A stretch of DNA of 64,000 nucleotides, taken from the NCBI GenBank assembly GCA_034780895.1, contig JAUZTB010000076.1:90501038-90565037 (forward strand), in the 5' to 3' direction. The translations under genes were made by a program, and so were the position numbers. The notes under the pieces were generated by a model that saw nothing but the letters and a program-made list of their open reading frames with translations, was not told the DNA's origin and made no database searches. Position 1 is the first letter of the stretch. Each line of letters starts with the position of its first letter. The DNA comes from Rhynchobatus australiae. Lineage: Eukaryota. This document shows, in pieces, positions 25,910 to 37,295 of the stretch.

Positions 25910-28016
25910 TTGTGTCATAGTTACTTCACATGGAGTTGTTCTCGTCATTTCATCAATAGGCCGAAAGGAGGTACTGTCCATCTTGTCAGTCGACTGTGTA
26001 CTACTGCTAAGGGCAGGTTCTGTCCTGTTGCATTCACTAATTTCTTCTTTGCATTCACCAGACTGCTCTTCACCAAAAGCTGCCCATGATGTACTTTCAG
26101 GCACTGAATCCCCAAAAGCATTCCACTCAGCATCTTGCCCATCAAGTGAAAAGTCTTCTTCATTATTGAATCCTGCAAATTCAGAATCATTTTTAACTTG
26201 AGTGGACCCAAATTCTCCAAAATCATCAGTCTTTGTAACAGTGGTAGCAGCTTCATGCTCATCAAACGCTAAATCAGCAGCTTCGGATAGTGCTCCCTTT
26301 TCTGGAGGATATTCTGGAAAACTGGCAAATGTTGATACACAGTCATTGTTTGTGGTATCAAAGTCACCAAATTCATCTTTTACTCCAGCTTCCTGAAATG
26401 TAGCAAATTCTTCAGTTGTCAATTTTGAGATATTCTTGCCACCAGAGTCTACAGGTTGCACATCAGAACTAAAAACATCCTCTGTAGCACTGGTATGTAT
26501 TCCTGGTGTAAAAGCAGAAAAGTCACCTTCTAGTGAACATTTGCTTCTTGAAATTCCAAAACCATCAGACTCTTTTTCTTCTGTCCTTTNNNNNNNNNNN
26601 NNNNNNNNNNNNNNNNNNNNNNNNNNNNNNNNNNNNNNNNNNNNNNNNNNNNNNNNNNNNNNNNNNNNNNNNNNNNNNNNNNNNNNNNNCTATGTTAGTT
26701 GCCGGAAGTTCTTCAATTACTACATTGTCTTGTCCAACCACCAACTCATTACACACAATACACTGTGAATAAATACCAAGTGTTTCTTCATCATGGTTGC
26801 AAGTTTCCAAATCAGACTTGTGTATGTCCTCTATTTTATTTACTGAGGGAGAAGTTTCTGATTGGACCACTGTGGAAGTGGTTTCTTTTACTGTGCCCAA
26901 AGATTCATGAACTGCCTGCCAAGTATTTTGATCCCTGATTTCAATGTGTTCCATCGATTCTGATGAATTCTGAATGCCATTAGGAATTCCTGTATCGACT
27001 GTAGTATTAAGCTCAGAGTGGCCACTCTGAATATAGTCTACTACAATTGTACCTTTCACATTTTTACAATCTGATGTAGCAAATGCACCCTTTGTTTGTT
27101 CTTGCACCACTTTCAGTTCATCACTATCAACTGCAAGGTCCAAACTGACCTGAGCAACAGGCAGTTTCCCTAAAGCTGAAGGATTGCCAGAGTCATGCTC
27201 TTGTATCAGTGGTATTTTTCCAATGGTAGATAAAGAACCTCTTGTTTTTTCTTCTGTTAAATTGGCAGACATTACTGCATTTTCTGACATTGNNNNNNNN
27301 NNGCTTCCCATCTGAACAGAGTTCAGAAATGTGAACATTTACAGCCATTTGGTCATTTGTGTTGATCATATTTTCTATTCCCTGAGAGTGTATTGAATCT
27401 ATTGTTGAGTAACCATTTGTTAGAACTTCTGGGTTGGTCTTACTATCATTGTAACACTGTTCTTGCTCTTCCCGTTTTAAATCTATTGCAATGACATCCT
27501 TGGTCAGGATGGCAGGCTGAGCATTTACTTCAGTTTGTTCCAAAGATTCAACGGTTGTACATTCAAAAACATTCCTTGAAGATTTGGATTGAGTTGCATC
27601 TTTATCAATAGATATAGCCATGTCATTTGACATAGGCTTCGAGAAGTCTGAAACAAAGTCTTTGCCATCACATGNNNNNNNNNNNNNNNNNNNNNNNNNN
27701 NNNNNNNNNNNNNNNNNNNNNNNNNNNNNNNNNNNNNNNNNNNNNNNNNNNNNNNNNNNNNNNNNNNNNNNNNNCCTGCTGAATGAAAGTCAGCAAACCC
27801 ATGCGTATCACCGGAGTATTCGTGGCCAGGCACAAAATGGTTCTGGGACATAAAATTTTCATGGGGATCTTCCAAATCAAAGTCATTATACCCAAGGGTA
27901 GAAGTACCAACTCCTGAGAAACCACCAAATTCACCAAACTCATCTTCATCAAATTCAGTCCCATCATCTAATGGTGGTGGTGAAGAAGAATACATTCTAA
28001 TAACATCTGGTTCCAT
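25910..28016 (-). CDS. AFTPH: Aftiphilin, large first coding exon (exon spans 28041-25910; interrupted by three N gaps)
   Basis: Starts MEPDVIRMYSSSPPPLDDG..DEDEFGEFGGF, the aftiphilin N-terminus. Acidic region contains DEFGDF, DDFGEF, EWNAF and SWAAF adaptor-binding motifs. Acceptor ctttttcccctctag|GTTTAA at 28041 and donor ACACAA|gtaagt at 25910. Frame changes coincide with the N gaps. Confidence 0.95.
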
Positions 28017-28579
28017 GATGTTTCCTCTTAGATGGTTAAACCTAGAGGGGAAAAAGAGAGATTAACTCAAGAGCCACCAGACCACAAATTCACATTGCTT
28101 GTAAACTTGGCCAGTAATCATTGCTAATGAGACAAGTATCAAATTTCATGAAAACATTGTGATAAATAATTGCAATTGTGCCCAATACAAAATCCTCATG
28201 AAGACATTTTCAATTTCCACTTACTCCATAACTACTTTATTTTCAAAAAAGTACAAATATTGCATACTAAACGTTGTATATTTTTAATTGATCCATAATT
28301 CTTGGTTGAAGGCAAAGGAGGCAAGATAAATAGGCCAAGGCCTGCAAACACAACTGTTTTGTGCTATTTGTTTTTAGTAATATTTTGAACACAATGTAAT
28401 GAACATGTTACAGGGAAAAACAATCAAACTAAAAGAAAACTTGAACTAATTCTGCTTAAAGTAGAAATCTGCAAATTGCAGCCAAACTAATGAAAACCTT
28501 CAGTTTCACAAACGCACAATATTGGAACTTAAATATTCACACATTCATGGATTTGCAATTCTGCGGTTGCTTGCAACTG

Positions 28580-29620
28580 ATGATTCTCTTTACAATATTT
28601 TTATTAAGTCCATGAAAAAAAGAGTACATGCATCAAAAGAGAGTAAAAATACTACTGAATACGTTGTGTTAAATCATACCTAGGATCACAATACTCTAAA
28701 TTAATAATCACATGTAATAGTTAATAAAAGAAAATTGGAATATTATAAAAAATCTACTCTACCAAAAACTGAAGCTGTTTGATTAAAAAGAAACAAGGAA
28801 AAACCCTTGAAACGTAACAATGTCAGCCAATGTCTGTACTTCAGTAACCAAATCAAAGATTGAAAATAATTCAAAAAAGGTCCCCACAGAGTTTGAAAGT
28901 CTAAGTTAGATTCAAAAACTGAACAACAAATCTTCTCTAGATTCATGCATGACATAACATCCTGTAACCATTGAGCACGAGTAGGTGGAGTAACTTCCTC
29001 ACATTTAAGCAACACAGCTCTCCTGGCTGTAAGAGAAATAAAAGCCAGAATGTGTAAATCAGAAGCCTTCAAAGTTATATCTTTTTCTCCAACAATCCCA
29101 AATAATGCAATCAAAGGATTAAGTTTAAAATTTATTTTGAAAAGTACAGAAGTTTGAAAGACCTCTGTCCAATATTTAAGACTGACACGTCCAGAACACA
29201 TGAATTAAAGACGTCACTCCGTTATTGCATTTGTCACAATAAGGAGATACATNNNNNNNNNNNNNNNNNNNNNNNNNNNNNNNNNNNNNNNNNNNNNNNN
29301 NNNNNNNNNNNNNNNNNNNNNNNNNNNNNNNNNNNNNNNNNNNNNNNNNNNNCACTCCGTTATTGCATTTGTCACAATAAGGAGATACATTGGAATAAAA
29401 AAATGGGATAGTTTAATCTTTAGATAAGTGAGCTCTGTGGACCACTTTAAATTGAAGGAGAGAATGATGGGCGCATAATGACAAAGTATTAACCAATTTA
29501 AAAATTTCATTTTAAGTTTCCTCAGAAATTGACATCTGCAAATCTTGTTCCCAAATGTCTTTAAATTTTATCTAGTGGCACCTTACTCATTCCTGGTAAC
29601 CTGTCATAAATATTAGATAT
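28580..29620 (-). mobile_element. L1/Tx1-type LINE, ORF2 C-terminus and 3' end
   Basis: YWTEVFQT..LNPLIALFG..ARRAVLLK..PPT..WL..LEKI..W.PF, typical of the fish L1-like ORF2 tail. A T-rich end near 28600 is consistent with a poly-A tail on the minus strand. Confidence 0.8.
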
Positions 29621-32600
29621 TGAACCATGCAACTGATGATTCAAACCAAGATGTTTTGGTGGAGAACTTTGATTTAAAAAGTTGTTTTATCTTATGGAAA
29701 AAACTCCACAATGATCAATCCTACTACACAAGCACACTTACAATTGACTATATGCAGCACAATACAGGTAGCAGCATTCATGGAAACCATCTGAAAGGTC
29801 AGTCATTGCCAATGTTCTGCTAAAAAATATCTAATTTAAAACATCTAAACAAAATCAAAACCTAAAGTGATGTCAAATATAAATAAACAGCACATTGATT
29901 CTTGGTTGCAAGAAGATATTCAATAGCATTACTGGAACTGAGATTAAACTCACCTGTAAAGCCTCTAAGCAAATTTCATGAAACTTCAAATACAATAAAA
30001 CTTAAGGATCAGGCTTTTTTTTGTTTAACTGGCAGCAATTAAAATATGGCAGATAGAACAACGTTGGACAACTGTTCAATAGATAAAATAAATTCTAGAG
30101 CATATTAAATTCCACCACCCACAGTACTTTAATACGAAATAAAAACAGAACATGTTGAAAACACTCAGCAAGTCAGGCAGACCTGTAGAAAGACAACCAT
30201 ATTTCAGGTCAAAAACCTTCGTCAGGACCTTAAAAAAAGAGAATAGTTAGTTTTAGGTTGCAGAGAACGTGGTAAGGGAAGGAAGGACAAAAGGGAATAT
30301 ATCCAATTCCTTCCTTTCACTTTTAAATGAAGTTAATTTTCTCTGTCATAATGACTTTGCCATTTGGATGCAACAAATTTATTGTTTGAAGATGAAACAA
30401 TTTTACAAAAATACTAACTACCAAGTGAACAATGCAAATTGAGCACTACATGAAAAAAAGTCAACCAGAACAGTTTAAACAACACTATCCAATGGTCAAG
30501 AATAGAGGACTAGTAAGAAAGCAATAATATGCCAGAGGATAGAGATGATTTGTGGACTTCAGCAAGGCTATTTATAAAAACGTATTGACTCTGGTGCTAC
30601 TCCATTTAGAACAGTGGNNNNNNNNNNNNNNNNNNNNNNNNNNNNNNNNNNNNNNNNNNNNNNNNNNNNNNNNNNNNNNNNNNNNCAAAGACCAATTTCT
30701 CTTTGTGAGGTCTGATAAATAGGGGACATAAATTTAAAGTAATTAGTATAAAGATTAAATCTCTTTTGGGCCACAGGGAGTTGGGTTTTGGAACTCACTG
30801 CTCAAGAAGGTGGCAGTTAGAACTTTCATCACATTTAACATTAGCTGGATGAGCCATTACCTATAGGGCTAAAACTCAAAGATTAAACTGCATCGTTTCT
30901 TTTGAGCATTACTTAAGATTAAGATTCAAATCATTTGCAGTTTTTGATGCAAGACTTTTACTGTATTTTACAATGTTGCAACTGAAAATGCTACACCACT
31001 GAATCTGACAGCACTTCTATTGTTGTTTAATGTATACTAGAAATAAATTGTTCTCCATTATGCAAATCCGATACTTGCAAGACTAGTTCAGTCAATATTG
31101 CCAAATTCATATTTATATGAATAAACAATTGTGATCCATGTATAATCCATTTCATACACCAAAATGCTGATTTGAGAAATTAAAAACTTTATTGCAATAA
31201 GGTAGATGAATTAAACCTTGATATAATCCTTGAAGTTCAATACATTTTTTGTTGGCTAAAACTTTAGAGCAACTGCATCAACAACTGATGAGACAGTGAC
31301 AAGTATCTGGCAAATAGCAGTGGAAAAACTATTGATGCAACATGCACCATGAAGTTGCTTTGGCTCCCTTGTGCATTATTGATTTTGGTGTTAGATGTCT
31401 CAATTAAAAAAACTTGGCACATTTAATATTTCTTTTCTTTAAGTACAGAATTGTTATTTTCCTCCAATTTCTCAAATAAACGATTCCCTAGTATGAAAAG
31501 ATGGACTCTCGACTTCATGATCTACCTTGTTATGACCTTGCACCTTATTGTCTACCTGTACTCTCTATAGCTGTTGCACTTTATTCTGCTTTTGTTTTAC
31601 CTTGTACTATCTTGATGTACTGTGTAATGAATTGATCTGTATGAACAGTATGCAAGACAACTTTTTCCACTGTGCCTCGCTACACGTGGCAATAACAAAC
31701 CAATTTCAATAAATGTGGTTGAGGGTGCAAGTATACAGGACATTTCTAGGCTCCAAAGTCCTTCATTATTAAAAAATACTGCTATGCATTTCAATGGCAT
31801 CACCTGATTTTCCCACAAACTTCCCAGAAAGCTTTTGCAAATAATCCCTCCTATCTGTAGAGAAACTGAACCAGTTTCAACATACCAAGTCAGAAATAAT
31901 AGTTATACAGGAGCAGGTCATTCAGCCTAGTGTGCCTATGCTGACTATCAAATACATATCTATATTAATCCATTTATTATTTGGTCTGTAACCTTCCAAG
32001 CTTCCCTTGTCACCTGTTCAAATCAACAAGAGCTTTCCTTTGACTCAACTCACTTCACAAATAAAATGCTGGGACTATGTAAAACTATACCATAAACTAA
32101 AACAAGTACAGATAAAAACACATGCTCTTCCAAATACAGTTTCAGAAAAAAATTCTAGAGTTACAGAACACAAGCCAATTGTAAGTAAACATAATTTGCA
32201 TCATACAAAAAGGCTCATTACTTTAAACATTATTGATTTCTGCAAAACCTATTGGAAGGATTAAAGGGGAATCATCTGAAATAAGTTTAAACATTGTAAC
32301 AAGAATATTGAAGTTTCAGGTAATTTGAACTGAAACATCACATCTTGGAGGTAGGTTTCAACAGGATTTATGAACATTGAAACAAAGAACGGTTTACAAA
32401 AGAACATCTTCTGGTTAATGTGACTGTATCCGAGTAGATTTACCTACTTTTAATACATTCAAACACAACAAATTGCAGAGAATCATTGATAACTAATAAT
32501 ATTGACAAAGGAATAAATTTAGGGGGTATTATATATCAGTGATAAAACTAATGAGTGGCAAAACAAGTCCATATCCTTACTCCCAAATATTTATGAATAT

Positions 32601-32849
32601 ATCCTGGATATTCCAGCAGTGTACATCATTAATAATGTGTTGAGCCAAGATCACAAAATGGATTAGAGATAAAGGTAGTAACTGTAAACTTATTGAATGA
32701 GGTACAATTGACAATATGCAGTAAAATTATATACATATTGTGCAGAAAGTATGCATTTTAGAAGTTCTTGAGCAAATCCAGCTTAAATTATTTTTCCTGA
32801 CAAATGCAGAGCTCCCTGGATGATGAAAGAGATCCAAAGGAAGCAAAAG

Positions 32850-33277
32850 CAAAACAAAAAAAGGCTGCTTATATGCAAGGTAGGTCATACTAGCAAGAAC
32901 CAGGCTGATTACAAAGGAATCACAGGGAAAGTGAAAGTTAAAATAAGAGGCAAAGAGAGCACGAGAAAACATCAGCTGGCAACCTAAATTAGTATCTAGG
33001 TGTTCTTTAGGTGTAAAAGAACAATGTATCAAAAATAGGGTCACAGTTAAGGATTTCTACACAATGGTGGAAAGAGATAGTTGAGACTCTGAATATATTA
33101 AAAATTGATAGCCCAAAGCTATTAGAAAAGTTAAGTGGACATGAAATAGATAAATCTCCAGAACTAGATGGGATGTCTATTAGGAAATAGAGGGAAATAC
33201 AAGAGGAGATGCCAGAAATAGTGACCATAATCTTCCAATGACTTTTGGATACTTGAGTGGAGCCAGAGGAGCAGATA
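32850..33277 (+). mobile_element. CR1 LINE, 5' part, interrupted by Tc1
   Basis: Degenerate DKSPxxDG...EEM...TIIFQ..LDTxVxPE immediately before the Tc1 TA site. Confidence 0.75.
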
Positions 33278-34873
33278 CAGAGGCATGCAGAAGTTTGGGC
33301 ACCCCTGGTCAAAATTTCTGTTACTGTGAATAGTTAAACGAGTAAAAGATGACCTGATTTCCAAAACGCATCAAGTTAAAGATGACACGTTCCTTTAATA
33401 TTTTAAGCAAGATTACTTTATTTCCATCTTTTACAGTTTCAAAATAACAAAAAAGGAAAAGAGCCCAAAGCAAAAGTTTGGGCACCCTGCATGGTCAGTA
33501 CTTAGTAACACCCCCTTTGGGTAGTTTCGCAGCTTGTAAACGCTTTCTATAGCCAGAAAAGTGTCTTTCAGTTCTGGGGGATTTTCACCCATTCTTCCTT
33601 ACAAAAGGCTTCTAGTTCTGTGAGATTCTTGGGCCATCTTGCGTGCACTGCTCTTTTGATATCTATCCACAGATTTTCAATGATGCTTAGGTCAGGGCAC
33701 TGTGAGGGCCATGGCAAAATCTTCAGCTTGTGCCTCTTGAGGTGGTCCATTGTGGAATCTGAGGTGAGTTTAGGATCATGATCCTGTTGTAGAAGCCATC
33801 CTCTTTTCATCTTCAGCTTTTTTTTGTTACAGACAGTGTGATGTTTCCTTCCAGAATTTGCTGGTATTTAATTGAATTCATTCTTCCCACTACCAGCAAA
33901 ATGTTCCCCTTGCCACTGGCTGCAACACAAGCCCAAAGCATGATCGATCCACCCCCGTGCTTAACAATTGGAGAGGTGTTCTCTTCTGCACCCTCTTTTC
34001 TCCAAACATACCTTTTCTCATTGCGGCCAAAAAGTTTTATTTTAACCTCATCAGTCCATAGGACTTGTTTCCAAAATGCATCAGGCTTGTTTAGATATTC
34101 CTTTGCAAACTTCTGACGCTGAATTTTGTGGTGAGGACGCAGGAAAGGTTTTCTTCTGATGACTCTTCCATGAAGGTCATGTTTGTGCAGGTGTCGCTGC
34201 ACAGTGGAACAGTGCACCACCACCACTCCAGAGTCCGTTAAATCTTCCTGAAGGTTTTTTGCAGTCAAACGGGGGTTTTGATTTGCCTTTCTAGCAATCC
34301 TACGAGCAGTTCTCTCAGAAAGTTTTCTTGGCCTTCCAGACCTCAACTTGACCTCCACCATTCCTGTTAACTGCCATTTCTTAATTACATTACGAACTGA
34401 GGAAACAGCTACCTGAAAACTTTGTTATCCTCTTACAGCCTTCTCCTGCTTTGTGGGCATTATTTAGTTTTCAGAGTGCAAGGCAGCTGCTGAGAGGAGC
34501 CCATGGCTGCTGATTGTTGGGACACGGTTTGAGAAGTCAGGGTATTTCTAAAGCTTTGAAATTTGCATCACCTGGTCTTTCCTAGTGATGACTGAACAAG
34601 CCATAGCCCTAACAAGCTAACGAAGGTCTGAGACCTTGGTAAGAGTTATCTGAGAGCTCAAGTCTCTGGGGGGGCCCAAACTTTTGCATGGTGCTCCTTT
34701 CCTCCCCCCCCCACTCAAATTGTACAGAACAAAAATAATACACTAATCTTGCTTAAAATGTTGAAAAGAATGTTTAACTTTGACTTTTGTAGATCAGTTC
34801 ATCTTCTACTCACTTAACTATTTACAGTAACAGAAATTTTGACTAGGGGTACCCAAACTTTTGCATGCTACTA
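33278..34873 (-). mobile_element. Tc1-family transposon, near full length, frameshifted transposase (copy 3)
   Basis: ORFs 34361-33813 (SGRPRKLS..LWTDE..KHGGGSIMLW) and 33810-33568 (QQDHDPK..IENLW). TA|CAGAGGCATGCAGAAGTTTGGGCACCC terminus at 33278 and the matching opposite end. Confidence 0.95.
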
Positions 34874-35610
34874 TGTATTGAAACCAGGACAATGCTAACT
34901 TGCTTTGATAAAGCAGGAACTGCAACTATTAGAGAATTTTCTTTGCCTATACATATATATGGAAAAAAATACCTTGTACATGACCTTTGCAAAACAGTGC
35001 AGCATTAGCTTTATGGAATGCAAATACAACTGATCTGTCTCTACTCAAGTGTACAGAACTAGGGGACAGTGATCTCAGTTTCTGGCTACCCTGCCTGACC
35101 AACTTGCCCAATTACTCTGGACAAGTGAGTAATTTGGGCTTGAGCACAGTCTGTTTAAAATGCACACGGTTGCCAACTGTTAGCATTAAGTATAAGCTGT
35201 AATTTGTAAATTAATGCTTCAAAACACATGGAGGGGAGGTGGTGTAACCAACTTAAGCAATTGCATCAAAACCAGCAAATTAAATGGCAGCACAGCACCA
35301 TTTATTAGTCAAATGCAGAATTAAGATAATTCAGTGAACAGAGCCCATTACCCTCCCCCACCTGGTTCCAACTGCCCACCACTCTCACACTTAATCCACT
35401 GGGTCTTCCACCCCAACCTAGTCCAATCTGCCCACCATCCCAGCCTTATCTGGCTCCACTCGCCACCTTCCTTATCAGATTCTGGAATCTGCAGCCTTTT
35501 GAGTCTCCACNNNNNNNNNNNNNNNNNNNNNNNNNNNNNNNNNNNNNNNNNNNNNNNNNNNNNNNNNNNNNNNNNNNNNNNNNNNNNNNNNNNNNNNNNN
35601 NNNNNNNNNN

Positions 35611-36057
35611 GCTTTGTGGGCATCATTTATTTTAATTTTCAGAGTGCTAGGCAGCTGCTTAGAGGAGCCCATGGCTGCTGATTGTTGAGACAAGGTTTGA
35701 GTCGTCAGAGTATTTATAAAGCTTTGAAATTTGCATCACCTGGCCTTTTCTAACAATGACTGAACAAGCCAAAGCCCTAACAAGCTAATGAAGGTTTGAG
35801 ACCTTGATAAAAGTTATCCGAGAGTCAAATCTCTTGGGGTGCCCAAACTTTTGTATGGTGCTCCTTTACTTTTTTTTCCCCCTCCACTCTAAAATTGTAC
35901 AAAACCAAAATAATACACTAATCTTGCTTAAAATGTCAAAAAGAATGCTTCATCTTTAACTGTACGACTTTTGGAGATCAGTTCATCTTCTACTCACTTA
36001 ACCATTCACAGTAACAGAAATTTTGACCAGGGGTGCCCAAACTTCTGCATACGACTG
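35611..36057 (-). mobile_element. Tc1 left-hand fragment (copy 4), ends at a 100-N gap
   Basis: Transposase start MGSSKQLPSTLKIKINDAHK plus the left terminal repeat ending ...GCATACGACTG|TA. Confidence 0.92.
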
Positions 36058-37295
36058 TAGTTACAAATGTTGTTCCCCAACTCAAAAGGGAGTAAAAGGT
36101 AAGCCAATAAATCACTGTCAGTTTACCACAGCAGTGGACAAAATTTTGGATCTAGAGTATGACTGATAATCACCTGATGGTAAATTGATTAAGGCAAGCC
36201 AGCTCAGGCCTGTTTAGGACAGACCATATTTAATCAGCTTGATAGAATTTTTTGATGAGGTTATGCAGATGATATAATGTATAGAGACTTAAGAATTTTG
36301 ATAACGTGTCACATAACAGGTTTAACAAAGTTGCAGCACACAGGATTAAATGAATCATAGATAGCATAGACAGTTGGATAAGTAAGACTGAAGGGTTGCA
36401 GTGAATGATTGTTTCTTGGACCGAAAGACTGTTCCTCAGGGATTTGTATTAGAGCAATTGCAGTTTTGATCTATAACAATAGGCTAAACTTGCGGCTATA
36501 AGCAACAATTTCTAAATATGCAGGTAACAAAAATTGGCAGTAGTAAGAACTCCAAAAAGGATAGTGACAAACTGCAGCAGGATACAAAACTGGTGGAACA
36601 GGCAGATCACGCTTAATGCAGAAAAATGCAAGACAATGCATTTTGGAAGAATGAAGGACAATAATGGAATAATAACTGTTCTACAAGGGATGCAAGAGCA
36701 GAAGGATCTGGGGGTATGGGTGCACAAATCATTGAAAGTGACAAGCAGGTTGAGAAAATAGTCAATAAAACATGCAACATTCTGTGCTTTGTCAATATGG
36801 AGAAAACAGAGGAAAATAATGCCTAATCTATACAAACCACTGGTCTCACCTCAACCAGAGTACGATGTTCAATTCTGGTTGGGTCATTATAGGAAGGGTG
36901 GAAACACTGGAGTAACTACAGTTACCAAGATNNNNNNNNNGGAAATTTTTTTTTTTTTTTTTACACATAATGAGAAGTCATATGGACAGTGGGGATAGTG
37001 GAAGCTGCTCCCTTTGGAGGGATCAAGGATATGGGATCATTGGTATAAAATAAAGGGGTACAGAATTAAGAGTGACAAGGCAAAATATTTTATGCAGCAC
37101 TGGTATGAAACTGGAATGCACTGCCTGTAGATATGGTGGAAGCAGGTTCCGCCATGGTCTTCAAGGGTTAAATGTGCCAGAGAAAAATTTGCAAGACTAC
37201 AGAGAAAGGGACTATTCAGTTGAATTAAACAATTCCTTAGGTACAGGGCCAGGACATTCACAACAGGTCAAATAGCCTCCTGTGCTGTAACCATT
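36058..37295 (+). mobile_element. CR1 LINE, continuation to 3' end
   Basis: Resumes with xNVVP..K..VSL...VDKIL, then LIEFFDEV, NAEKCKTMHFGR, EQKDLGV and LYKPLVSPQPEYDVQFW, followed by a CR1 tail. Confidence 0.85.

Noticed and set aside
26590-27774. Apparent frameshifts in AFTPH suggesting a pseudogene
   Set aside because: Every frame change falls at an arbitrary-length N gap; splice sites and downstream exons are intact.
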